From: a virus
Length of the DNA stretch: 42,869 bases
Virus record (IMG/VR): IMGVR_UViG_3300036835_000552
Reading direction: 5' to 3' (one strand)
Part shown: positions 1-7,936 of the stretch, piece after piece
How the letters are laid out: every line of letters starts with the position of its first letter
Position numbering within the stretch: position 1 is the stretch's first letter
Notes under the pieces: generated by a model
What the model saw: only the letters and a program-made list of their open reading frames with translations
Told to the model about the DNA's origin: nothing
Databases searched by the model: none
Program-made: the position numbers and the translations under genes

Positions 1-127
1 CGAACCTCCGCTGCACGAAGCAGGTGCGCCGCAACGTGCTCGACCGCAACGGGCGGCGCCTCTCCGAGGACCTCGTCACCGTGACGACGATGGCGGCCGG
101 CTCGATCGGGTGCCGCAATGCGATCTT
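1..127. repeat. Terminal direct repeat copy 1 (identical to 42743..42869). Assembly overlap of a circular molecule.
   Basis: Compared base by base: nt 1-127 equal nt 42743-42869. The reading frame is continuous across the join. Confidence 0.9.
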
Positions 128-509
128 TGGGGTGATCCCGGGCGTCTACGTCGAGGAGGCGTTGCGCGCCGCCAAGCACACCGCCGTCGGCGTGGCCACG
201 AGCGTTATCATCCGCCGCGACAAGGCGCTCGCGTATTTTGCCAAGCTCGGGATCGAGGAAGCACGGGTGCTCGGCGTGCTCGGGCGGGAGACGGTCGACG
301 CCATCACGGACGAGGACGTCGCGACGCTGCTGGGGCTCGCGACGGCGATCCGCGACGGCGAGAGCACGGTCGAGCAGGCCTTCCCGCCGCTCGCGCCGCC
401 GGCGGGCTCCGCGGCGTCAGCGACGGCCGAGGCGGGCAGTCGCGCGGACGCGCTCGCCCACGAGTTGGCTGGTGCGGCGCCCCCCGAGACCACGCCGGAG
501 ACGCCATGA
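1..509 (+). CDS. 3' part of a putative single-strand annealing protein (RecT/Redbeta-like), continuing 42394..42869 across the circular junction
   Basis: The frame of ORF 24..509 is open to nt 1 and in phase with 42394..42869 through the 127-nt overlap (285 aa in total). It follows a YqaJ exonuclease with an ATGA overlap, the usual exo+SSAP pair. The exact SSAP family cannot be verified by eye. Confidence 0.55.
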   Translation, partial: NLRCTKQVRRNVLDRNGRRLSEDLVTVTTMAAGSIGCRNAIFGVIPGVYVEEALRAAKHTAVGVATSVIIRRDKALAYFAKLGIEEARVLGVLGRETVDAITDEDVATLLGLATAIRDGESTVEQAFPPLAPPAGSAASATAEAGSRADALAHELAGAAPPETTPETP

Positions 510-643
510 CAGACGGCTGCTGGATCGGTCTCGGCTGGCTCCTTGGGGCCGCGGTCGGCTACGGCTGGGGCTGGATCAGCGGTCGCCGGCACGTCACGCG
601 GCGGCGGCGGGGGCTCCAGCTCGACGTCCGGGCGGTCCGATGA
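506..643 (+). CDS. Small membrane protein (45 aa, one TM helix)
   Basis: The ATG at 506 overlaps the upstream stop (ATGA). Almost all codons end in G/C. Product: MTDGCWIGLGWLLGAAVGYGWGWISGRRHVTRRRRG... Confidence 0.45.
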   Translation: MTDGCWIGLGWLLGAAVGYGWGWISGRRHVTRRRRGLQLDVRAVR

Positions 644-809
644 CGGCATGAGGCGCCTGAGATGCCGACACTGCGACGCGCGAGGGGCGGGTTGCTCTAT
701 GCGATCTGCTGCGTGTTTGACACATTCAGTACGAACCCCGGCATCTAGTCAGGGCATGAAGACCAAGCAGGCCGCCCGAGGCCCGCGCCGCCCCTCGAGG
801 GGGCAAGCC

Positions 810-1265
810 ATGAGGCGGGCTCTGGTTCTCGCGCTCGCCTGTGCCACGCCGGCCGGCGCCTCGCGAGTCAACGTTTCGCGCCTCGAACGGCAAGCCTTCT
901 ATTGCGCGCTCTGGGTGCGGGCCCGCTCTGGCCTCGGGAGCCGCTTCAACTACGCGCTCCGTCCGAACCGGGACGGCACGGTGACGCTCGAGTCGTCGGA
1001 GCTGCCCGGGAGCGGAGAGAGCGCGGCGTTTCGGCGGTGCCTGCGTGAGGAGGGCAATGACGTCCAGCGCGCGCCCGAGCCTTCGCGCGCGCAGGAAGAG
1101 GCGGCGTGGCGGCGCCGGTGCTCCTGGATTCGGAGCCCGATCGACATGGAGTGGAAGGACTGTTACCCGACCCCGGCGGAAGACGCAGCCGCGCGCCGTG
1201 TGCGATGCCGCATGCCCGATCTTGATGAGCAGGAGGCGGCGGCGAACCACTGTCCAGCGCCCTAG
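810..1265 (+). CDS. Secreted or lipoprotein-like cysteine-rich protein (151 aa), moron candidate
   Basis: The ATG at 810 is preceded by GAGGGGG (795-801). The N-terminus MRRALVLALACATPAGAS looks like a signal peptide, and six further Cys follow. The upstream part of ORF 543.. has poor third-position GC and looks non-coding. Confidence 0.5.
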   Translation: MRRALVLALACATPAGASRVNVSRLERQAFYCALWVRARSGLGSRFNYALRPNRDGTVTLESSELPGSGESAAFRRCLREEGNDVQRAPEPSRAQEEAAWRRRCSWIRSPIDMEWKDCYPTPAEDAAARRVRCRMPDLDEQEAAANHCPAP

Positions 1266-1274
1266 CGCGCATGC

Positions 1275-1461
1275 CATGAGGACCCGGCTCTCGGCGCGCG
1301 AGGCCCGCGCGGGCGTGCGGCGCCGCGCGCCGTCGTGCCCGCATCCCCCGGCGCGCACGTTCTGGCAGGAGGGCGACTACGCGACGCCCGACAAGCTGGT
1401 GTGCGGGCGCTGCTTCGTCGTGCTCGCGCAGCGGACGCACGCGCCGCCGCCGCGGCGCTAG
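1275..1461 (+). CDS. Small zinc-ribbon-like protein (61 aa)
   Basis: Nearly every codon ends in G/C. Motif C-x-H-P ... C-x2-C (SCPHP...VCGRC). Its TAG stop shares the tetranucleotide CTAG with the stop of the convergent gene 1458..1607. Confidence 0.4.
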
Positions 1462-1607
1462 AGGCGCCCGAGCAGAATCAGAATCAGCACGACGATCAGC
1501 ACCGTGCCGACCGCGCCGGTCGGGGCGTAGCCGTACTGGTGGTATCCCCAAGTCGGCAGGCCGCCGACGAGCAGCAGAATCAGCAGCACCAGGAGCACGA
1601 GTCCCAT
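1458..1607 (-). CDS. DUF3309-like two-TM small membrane protein (49 aa), candidate holin
   Basis: Starts at an internal ATG (1607) of ORF 1458..1727. The product MGLVLLVLLILLLVGGLPTWGYHQYGYAPTGAVGTVLIVVLILILLGRL fits the DUF3309 pattern. TGATG coupling to 1607..1810. Confidence 0.6.
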   Translation of the reverse strand: MGLVLLVLLILLLVGGLPTWGYHQYGYAPTGAVGTVLIVVLILILLGRL

Positions 1608-1810
1608 CAGCGTGTCCTCATGCGCGGCGGACGCCGCGGCTGGCCCGTACAGACCGGACACCGCTCGCGGCGCGCGCGCTTGCGGCCCGGGCGCCCTTCG
1701 CAGCTCGCGCAGACGAGGTGCGAGCATTCGACATAGAGCGTCCAGCCGGCGTCCTCCGGCGGCGGCTTCTCGCAGACGATGCAGACGAGGAGGAGAGGAA
1801 ACTCCGGCAC
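1607..1810 (-). CDS. 67-aa Cys-rich protein with C3HC4 RING-finger spacing
   Basis: GTG start 7 nt after the endolysin stop. Pattern C10-x2-C13-x15-C29-x-H31-x2-C34-x2-C37-x13-C51-x2-C54 (CIVC...ECSHLVCASC...CPVC). High third-position GC. Stop coupled to the next gene. Confidence 0.55.
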   Translation of the reverse strand: MPEFPLLLVCIVCEKPPPEDAGWTLYVECSHLVCASCEGRPGRKRARRERCPVCTGQPRRPPRMRTR

Positions 1811-1817
1811 CGTACCA

Positions 1818-2417
1818 TTACGCCGCCTGCGCGGGCGGGGGCGCCGTTGCCTCGCACGGCGTCCACGTGAGCGCCACGTTGAACTTCTCCGCGTAGCCCT
1901 GGATCGTGCCCGCCTTGTCGGTGCCGTTGACGATCTTCCGCGCGTTGTAGAAGTCGGTCCCCTGCGCGTTGATGTAGTCCGACAGCTTCCGCCCCGTGAA
2001 GGAGCCGTGCGTCATGCCGTAGAAGATCACGTCGGTGGCGATCTCCAGGTCGAGCGCGTGGTCCGCGACCTGCACGATATCCTTGCCCCACTGCGCGCCG
2101 CACGCCGCCTGCATCGTCTGGTAGTTGGCGAGCCACGTGAGCTGGACGAAGCCGCGGCCGTAGTAGCACTGGTCGTACGGCCCGGCCGGCTGGCCGTAGG
2201 GATAGCCTTTGCCCTTCCCGTACTCCGCGATCGGCGCCATCGTGCACGCCGTCTCGTGGTACGTCGTGGCGAGCACGTAGGCGAACTGCCGGTAGTCCAG
2301 GCCGACCTCGTCGGCGCGATCGATCAGGCAGTTGAGGCCGTCGACTTGCTGCTGGGTCAGGTGCCCGCCGAAGAGGGACGCCCGCACGCTGTCGAAAAAA
2401 TACTTCCGGTGAATCAT
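1818..2417 (-). CDS. Endolysin, glycoside hydrolase family 19 (chitinase-like lysozyme)
   Basis: Motifs TTYHETA and YYGRGFVQLTWLANY are typical of GH19. The ATG at 2417 has GGAGG 9 nt upstream. (The ORF track starts at the GTG at 2432.). Confidence 0.85.
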   Translation of the reverse strand: MIHRKYFFDSVRASLFGGHLTQQQVDGLNCLIDRADEVGLDYRQFAYVLATTYHETACTMAPIAEYGKGKGYPYGQPAGPYDQCYYGRGFVQLTWLANYQTMQAACGAQWGKDIVQVADHALDLEIATDVIFYGMTHGSFTGRKLSDYINAQGTDFYNARKIVNGTDKAGTIQGYAEKFNVALTWTPCEATAPPPAQAA

Positions 2418-2421
2418 CGCA

Positions 2422-2565
2422 CTAGCCTCCACGACGCTCCGTCGCTGGCGGGCACGCCTTCGGCGCCGGACAGGTCGGGCAGTCCGGGCACGCGGGTTTC
2501 CTCAGGCAGCATGCGCCCAGCACTGGGAGCAGCAGCACCAGCAGCAGGGTCGCTTTCGCTCGCAT
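2422..2565 (-). CDS. Small outer-membrane lipoprotein, o-spanin-like (47 aa)
   Basis: Starts at an internal ATG (2565) with an AGGGGA RBS. MRAKATLLLVLLLPVLGAC has the lipobox LGAC. The mature part is Pro/Cys-rich (CPDCPTCPAPKACPP). It lies next to the endolysin. Confidence 0.65.
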   Translation of the reverse strand: MRAKATLLLVLLLPVLGACCLRKPACPDCPTCPAPKACPPATERRGG

Positions 2566-2588
2566 CGTCGTCAGTCCCCTTTCCCGTT

Positions 2589-3239
2589 TTATCGGTACAC
2601 CACGAGATGTTCGGCCGCTTCCTGGAGCGCGACGCGGGCACTGGCTTGCTCGCGCTGGTCGAGCTGGCGCGGATAGAGCGCGCCGATGACCCCGATCAGC
2701 GTGCCGGGGCCGGGCGGGATGCCGGCCAGGCACGCGAACTCGATGTGGCCGACGAGGCTGAAGGGTTCGCCGCATACCGTCTCGCCGTCGAGGATCGCGA
2801 CCATCATCAGGTTCGCGTTCCGCTGGCGGACGAACAGCGGCGCGACGTGCCCGCCGATGGTCTCGCCTTGAAACTCCGCCGGCAGCGGCGCGTCGCCTTT
2901 CGTCCAGACCAGCAGCGTGCGCCGGTTTACCTCCAGCTCGACTTTCCAGATGCCGACGCCGTAGTCCGGCGCGAACGGGTTGACGAGTCGCTGCGCCGTC
3001 TGGCGCATCGTCTCGACGTCCGTCAGGACCAGCTTCGGTGGCGCCGCGAAGAACGCCGCCGCCGCGTTCGTCAGCCGGTCGCGCGCCTGCCAGACGACGG
3101 CGCCGAAGAGTGCGCTCAGGCCGAGGACGATCAGAATGAGCGCGCGCTGCCAGCTCTGCACGCTGAGCACCGCCTGGAGAATCGCCGCGAGCGTCGAGCG
3201 CGGCTCAGGCAGCGGTTCACGCGGCGGCTCGTCGGTCAT
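2589..3239 (-). CDS. N-terminally membrane-anchored protein (216 aa), lysis-associated, function unclear
   Basis: One TM helix (ALILIVLGLSALFGAVVW) followed by a beta-rich domain that ends in a GAF-like pattern (GTLIGVIGALYPRQL...). ATGA coupling with 3236..3610. Confidence 0.5.
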   Translation of the reverse strand: MTDEPPREPLPEPRSTLAAILQAVLSVQSWQRALILIVLGLSALFGAVVWQARDRLTNAAAAFFAAPPKLVLTDVETMRQTAQRLVNPFAPDYGVGIWKVELEVNRRTLLVWTKGDAPLPAEFQGETIGGHVAPLFVRQRNANLMMVAILDGETVCGEPFSLVGHIEFACLAGIPPGPGTLIGVIGALYPRQLDQREQASARVALQEAAEHLVVYR

Positions 3240-3610
3240 GCCGGCGGCTCCGGGGCGTCGACTGATGCTGCGACTGGTGACGAGGGCGGCGCGGGCGGCA
3301 GGACCGGCGCGCGCGGCGGGGCTGCCGGTAACGTCGACAGCACCGGCCCCGTGCGCGTCACCTGCGCGGCGCTCACCGGGTCGAGCGGCGTGCCGCCGTC
3401 GCCCGCGAAGCGACGCGGGTCGAGGCGCCGACGGTACTCGTCATAGGCATAGACAAAGTCCTTCGGCGTCGGCACGACGTCGGCGGTGGGTTTGACGATT
3501 GTGGTGCCGTCCTCCGCGAGGATCGGCCCGTACAGGCCGGTCAGGTCCTGGTCGTCCTGATGATACGCGAACACCCAATCGTCGCCCGGATAGACCACGT
3601 TTTGCGCCAT
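3236..3610 (-). CDS. Hypothetical protein with Pro-rich C-terminus, possible fibre assembly factor
   Basis: The ATG at 3610 has an AGGAG RBS. Lies directly downstream of the tailspike gene. Confidence 0.5.
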   Translation of the reverse strand: MAQNVVYPGDDWVFAYHQDDQDLTGLYGPILAEDGTTIVKPTADVVPTPKDFVYAYDEYRRRLDPRRFAGDGGTPLDPVSAAQVTRTGPVLSTLPAAPPRAPVLPPAPPSSPVAASVDAPEPPA

Positions 3611-3625
3611 CGCCCCCGCTCCTGC

Positions 3626-4906
3626 CTACGGCCCGAAGCCCGTCCACACCATGCTGTTCGTGTTCCCGAGCGTGTCGTGCGCCGGACTACACGCGCCGAA
3701 ATTTCCGAGGTTCAGCGTGGGCGTATCCGCGCGAATGAAGCCGAAATGGCTCGCGAGGAAGGTGAGCGGCGTCGAGCCGTTGTACGCAGACCAGTCGCCG
3801 CTGCCGCTGCCACTCGCAATGATCGTCGCGTTGTCGTTCGCTTCGACGGCGTTGGTGTTGACCGAATTGTGCACGGTGATCTGCCGCGCGCGCAGTTCTG
3901 CGCCGCTCCCGCTGACGCGCACGCCCTGATTCACGCTGTCGATCACCACCGTGTCGATGTTCGCGCTGCCGCCGGTCAGCATGAGGCCGGCGACGTAGTA
4001 GGGGCCGCCGCCTGCCGCGATGTTCTGCACGGTCAGGTTCGACCCGAGGGCGGTGGCACCATCGACGCACGCCAGCCCGCCGCCGGCACAGTTGAGGACG
4101 TCGAGGTCAGCGAAGCCGAGATAGCCGTTCCCATCGACGATGATCCCCTCGCCGCCCCAGCTCTGCGCGAGCACGTTGGAACAGTAGATCAGGTGCCCGC
4201 CCGTGATGTGCAAGCCGCGCGTGCCGGCCGCATTCGCCCCGACAATCGAACAATTGGTCAGGGCGTTCAGCTTCCCGAACAAGACGACGCCGTGCGACCC
4301 CGACGGGAACGACAGAATCGTCCCGCCCTCGCTCGTGCCGTTGATGGTGATGCGCTCCCCGTTGGGGTGGTCGATCGAGAGCGACCCGCCAAAGGTGTAC
4401 GTGGCGTCGACCATCGCGAGCGTCACGTACGCGCTGGGCGCGATCGCGTAGGCGGCGAGGAATTGCAGCGCGCTCGCCAGGTTGTTGAACGGGTCGCCCG
4501 CAAACGGATTCGCCGGGTTCGCCACGCCGCCCGGCGCGATCAGAAACGTGACCGGCGACGTGATGACGTGGAAGTCTGCCCGCACCGTCGGGTTCGGGTA
4601 GCTCCCGCGCAGGTCGCCCCCCGCCGGCCCGCTGGGCGGCAGCGTCGTCGGGATGGTCGGCGCGAGCGCCAGACACATCGCCTGGATACAGCGCCAGAGC
4701 ATCGTCGGGTCGCCCTTCGCTGGGCCGACGCCCGCGTGCGCGAGGAGCGCGTGCAGATTCAAGATCAGCTCGTTGAAGTCCTCGGCGGTCGGGATCGTGC
4801 CGGCCCCGCCGCCGCAGTCCTGAAAGAACCCGTTCGGATGCGGGCCAGGTGCGGAGATTGGCGGACAGACCGTCGCGGCGTCGGCGTTGTCAGGCAGCGT
4901 GAACAT
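3626..4906 (-). CDS. Tail fibre/tailspike with beta-helix-like C-terminal domain
   Basis: GGAGG RBS. Fibre motif GGDLRGSYPNPTV, then repetitive G/N/V-rich turns (NCSIVGANAAG..., NCAGGGLACVDG..., NIAAGGG...) typical of right-handed beta-helix depolymerases. Follows gp48. Confidence 0.7.
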   Translation of the reverse strand: MFTLPDNADAATVCPPISAPGPHPNGFFQDCGGGAGTIPTAEDFNELILNLHALLAHAGVGPAKGDPTMLWRCIQAMCLALAPTIPTTLPPSGPAGGDLRGSYPNPTVRADFHVITSPVTFLIAPGGVANPANPFAGDPFNNLASALQFLAAYAIAPSAYVTLAMVDATYTFGGSLSIDHPNGERITINGTSEGGTILSFPSGSHGVVLFGKLNALTNCSIVGANAAGTRGLHITGGHLIYCSNVLAQSWGGEGIIVDGNGYLGFADLDVLNCAGGGLACVDGATALGSNLTVQNIAAGGGPYYVAGLMLTGGSANIDTVVIDSVNQGVRVSGSGAELRARQITVHNSVNTNAVEANDNATIIASGSGSGDWSAYNGSTPLTFLASHFGFIRADTPTLNLGNFGACSPAHDTLGNTNSMVWTGFGP

Positions 4907-5600
4907 CGGCCGGGTCCTCCGGGGACGGCGCGGCGTCGCGCGCGGCGTACAGGTAGTTGAACGTGACGACGGTGTGCGCGGGCGCGGCGCGCCGGATCAC
5001 GCACTCGAGGACGGACGGGTCGAACGGCCCGGCGGCGAGCACGTTCACCTCCCACCAGAACTCGCACGCGCCAATCTGCGGGATCGAGTTCCCGGCGGTC
5101 TGCGGCGGACAGAGCTGATCGAGGCCGAGGCGCCAGGGCCGGTGCTCCGTGATCGTCACCGTGAAGCCGTAGGCCGCGGCCAGCGCGATGAAATAGGCGC
5201 GCGACTGCCCGCCGCGCGCGGCGAGCTTCGCGCACACGAGCTGCTGCTGCTGCTCGACGGGGACCGGCCAGTACGCTTGCGTGCAGACGTCGGGCAGGCC
5301 GACCATCGCCTCCCACTCGGGCAGGAGATCGACGGCGCCGCACGGGAACGACTCCGCCTGCAAGTGGCAATCGCTCGCATGGACCAGCGCGTACTCGTCG
5401 GCCGGCACGAACCAGAAATTCCAGAGCACCGTGCCCGCGATCCGCGGCCAGGCCGGGCCGCGCGGCAGGAGGTCGAGCAGCAGCTCGTGGAAGTCGTCGG
5501 CCGAGAGCCCGCAGAGCGCCGCCGCTTCGGGCGTCTGCGGCACCGGCCCGGGCGCGAATGGCCCGGCGCCCACGACCGAGGACCCTGCGTCAAGGGACAT
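4890..5600 (-). CDS. Baseplate protein, Mu gp48 / P2 gpI-like (DUF2313 family)
   Basis: LLPRGPAW...LLPEWE..GLPD motifs. Lies immediately after the J-like gene. Confidence 0.75.
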   Translation of the reverse strand: MSLDAGSSVVGAGPFAPGPVPQTPEAAALCGLSADDFHELLLDLLPRGPAWPRIAGTVLWNFWFVPADEYALVHASDCHLQAESFPCGAVDLLPEWEAMVGLPDVCTQAYWPVPVEQQQQLVCAKLAARGGQSRAYFIALAAAYGFTVTITEHRPWRLGLDQLCPPQTAGNSIPQIGACEFWWEVNVLAAGPFDPSVLECVIRRAAPAHTVVTFNYLYAARDAAPSPEDPADVHAA

Positions 5601-6660
5601 AGGTCACCGTCCCGAGCACCGCGAGGTAGCCGATCGGACAGACGACGTCGCCCGGCGGCACGATGATGTGGTGGTGGCGCTCCCCGACCGCGACCGAAAC
5701 CGCTTCCCAGAGCCACGAGACGTAGATGGTCGCGCCCGGGATGGCGTTGCGGCGGAACGTGTCCACGAGCTCGGCGTTGGCGGCCGCCTGCACGTCCGGC
5801 CTATCAGGAGGAAAGAGATCCTGCACCGTGACGTTCACTGGGAGCGGCAGCGGCGCCAGCACGTAGACCTGCGCCGTCACCGGCCGCATGAGGTCCAGAT
5901 GTGCCTGGACGATTGCCACGTCGGCCGGCGTCGGAAAGCCGTCGGGTGCGCGCACGTCGTCCATCATGAAGCGGACGACAACGGTGCCGGCCCCGAACTC
6001 CTGCGGATAGACCCACGCGCGCGTCACGCCCGGCACCTCGAGCGCCCATTCGACGTAGTCCGAGGCCGAGCCGCCCTGCGGCGGGAGTTGAATCCGCAGC
6101 AGCAGGCGCGCGCGGAGGTGCTCGTCGGTCTCGACGTCGGCGCCGCCCGCCAGGCCGGGCTCCGCGACCATCGCGGCGCGCTGCACGCCGGTCGCCGTCG
6201 TCACGGCCTGGACCTGCGTATTGGGCGCCGCATTTCCCGCCGCGCCGGCCACGGAGGCCGTCACCGGCACCGCGGCCGTGCCACCGGCGCCGATGGTCGC
6301 CGCCGCGTCGGCGTCGTAGAGCACGTTGTCCGACCGCTGCCAGGTGGCGCTCTCGGGGACGACGGCGCCGGGCGTGCCGGTGACCGTCAGCGTACCGACC
6401 GCGAAGGCCGCGGGCTCGCGGTCGACGCCCCAGATGGACGCCCAGCGATCGAGGAAGACGGTCTCGCACGTGTCGGGGAACAGTTGGCCCGCGAGCCACG
6501 TCTCGTAGTCGAACTGTGCGTTGGAGAGTTCCGCCAGCACGTCCGCGATGACGCGCAGGTTCGACTGGCGGAGCAGCGCGTCGGCGCCGGGGAGCCGCGC
6601 GCCGAAGTCCTGGCGGATGCGGTCGCGCAGCTCCGCGAGCGTGGGGCGCGTGAACGGCAT
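5590..6660 (-). CDS. Baseplate J-like protein (Mu gp47 / P2 gpJ family)
   Basis: Typical N-terminus MPFTRPTLAELRDRIRQDF and the motif GGADVETDEHLRARLL. Confidence 0.85.
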   Translation of the reverse strand: MPFTRPTLAELRDRIRQDFGARLPGADALLRQSNLRVIADVLAELSNAQFDYETWLAGQLFPDTCETVFLDRWASIWGVDREPAAFAVGTLTVTGTPGAVVPESATWQRSDNVLYDADAAATIGAGGTAAVPVTASVAGAAGNAAPNTQVQAVTTATGVQRAAMVAEPGLAGGADVETDEHLRARLLLRIQLPPQGGSASDYVEWALEVPGVTRAWVYPQEFGAGTVVVRFMMDDVRAPDGFPTPADVAIVQAHLDLMRPVTAQVYVLAPLPLPVNVTVQDLFPPDRPDVQAAANAELVDTFRRNAIPGATIYVSWLWEAVSVAVGERHHHIIVPPGDVVCPIGYLAVLGTVTYVP

Positions 6661-6663
6661 CGA

Positions 6664-7923
6664 TTACGCCATCTCCAGCGCGAGGAACGAAATGCCCGCG
6701 AGACTCGTCGTCGTGCCGGTCGTGTCCTGCCCGGTGATCGTGATCGTGTGCGCGCCGGCGGCGACTCCTGCGGCGAAGTGCACCAGCGTCGGACTCCACG
6801 CGAGCGTGTTGCCCTTGTTGACCGTCACGGCGCCCGGCGCGAACGTCGCGACGGTCGTACCGTCCAGCTTGAGGCGCAGCGTCACGGTATGGGTTCCGGT
6901 GGCGGGCACGTCGGCCAGCAGGAGGGTCACGCACGCGAGCAGGAGCAGGCCGCCGCCGTTCGTCGTCGTGATCGCCTTCGTGTAGAGCGTCGCCTCCGTT
7001 GCCCCGACGGCGGTCCCCTGTGCGGTGACGGTCTGTGCTTGCGCGGCACCCGTCGACGCGCCCGCGGCGAGCTGCGCGAGCGTCACCGCGTCGGTCGCCA
7101 GGCCGGGATTCGGATAGCTGCCCGATAACGATCCGCCGGCCGGTCCCGTGCTGGGGCCGGGCGGCCCTTGCGGCCCCGTCGCACCCGTCGCACCTTGCGG
7201 CCCGGTCGGGCCGGTCTGCCCTTGTTGCCCTTGTTGCCCCGTCGCGCCCTGCGGCCCTTGCGGCCCCTGCGCCCCCTGGTCGCCCTTCGCACCTTGCGGC
7301 CCGGTTGGTCCCGTCGAGCCGTCCTGGCCTGGCTGTCCTGGCGGCCCCGGCGGCCCTTGCTGACCCTGCGCCCCTTGCTGCCCTTGCGGCCCCGGATCGC
7401 CCTGCGGCCCGGCTGGCCCTTGCGGCCCCTGCGGCCCTGGCGGCCCTGGCGGCCCAGGCGCCCCGCCGCCCGTGGGCGGCAGATAGACGAGCGTCGGGCC
7501 GTCCGCGACCGACAGCACGCTGCCGACGTCGCTCGCGGTCGGCGTCGGCGGAATCCCCGGCGCCACCAGCTTGCCCGGTACCGTCAGCCCCTCGCTGTCG
7601 AACGTGGCGACGACGTTGCCGGCGCATTCGACCTCGCAGGCGCCGGCCACCTCGAGCGTCAGGTCATCGCCGTCGGCCTCGATGCACGGGCACTGCTGCG
7701 AGGGATTGCCGAAGTGGACCGCCGAGTCGTTCGCGAGCGACAGCGAACGGTCGGGCGGCACCGGCGACATGAGGCCGCTCGACGCATTGTCCTGCCAGAG
7801 CGCACTGAGCCCGGTGCCCGCCGTCCACGCCTGGCCGTCCCACGTGTAGATGATGCCGTTCGGCGCGGTGTACTCCTGGCCGATCGTCAGCGGCGGCGGC
7901 GGAAAGACGAGCGCGGCGCTCAT
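6664..7923 (-). CDS. Collagen-like triple-helix repeat tail fibre protein (419 aa)
   Basis: AAGGAG RBS. 35 Gly-X-Y triplets, followed by the fibre motif [10 protein letters not shown]. Confidence 0.8.
   Translation of the reverse strand: MSAALVFPPPPLTIGQEYTAPNGIIYTWDGQAWTAGTGLSALWQDNASSGLMSPVPPDRSLSLANDSAVHFGNPSQQCPCIEADGDDLTLEVAGACEVECAGNVVATFDSEGLTVPGKLVAPGIPPTPTASDVGSVLSVADGPTLVYLPPTGGGAPGPPGPPGPQGPQGPAGPQGDPGPQGQQGAQGQQGPPGPPGQPGQDGSTGPTGPQGAKGDQGAQGPQGPQGATGQQGQQGQTGPTGPQGATGATGPQGPPGPSTGPAGGSLSGSYPNPGLATDAVTLAQLAAGASTGAAQAQTVTAQGTAVGATEATLYTKAITTTNGGGLLLLACVTLLLADVPATGTHTVTLRLKLDGTTVATFAPGAVTVNKGNTLAWSPTLVHFAAGVAAGAHTITITGQDTTGTTTSLAGISFLALEMA
7150..7464 (-). repeat. Coding low-complexity repeat: 35 uninterrupted Gly-X-Y triplets
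   Basis: aa 154-258 of the fibre ORF read [15 protein letters not shown]...GPQGPPGPS. Confidence 0.9.
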
Positions 7924-7936
7924 GTCGTCGACTCCT

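Noticed and set aside
717-750. TTGACA hexamer as the promoter for the Cys-rich moron
   Set aside because: No acceptable -10 element lies 16-19 nt downstream (the best candidates are GGCATC and CATCTA).
543-809. N-terminal extension of ORF 543..1265
   Set aside because: The third-position composition is non-coding-like (AGA, CGA, TCT, TGT, ACA, TCA, GTA). The signal peptide and RBS appear only at 810.
2589-3239. Calling the 216-aa membrane protein an i-spanin
   Set aside because: Its position fits, but the soluble domain looks beta-rich or GAF-like rather than coiled-coil. I left it as a lysis-associated membrane protein.
7150-7464. Short-period nucleotide repeats that could be mistaken for a CRISPR or other non-coding array
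   Set aside because: The period is 9 nt with no spacers. It translates to perfect Gly-X-Y collagen triplets inside a fibre gene.
5281-7627. Long overlapping ORFs 5281..7128 (+) and 5804..7627 (-)
   Set aside because: They are alternative frames or the antisense strand of the J-like and collagen-like genes. The translations are Arg/Gly/Ala-rich with no recognisable motif.
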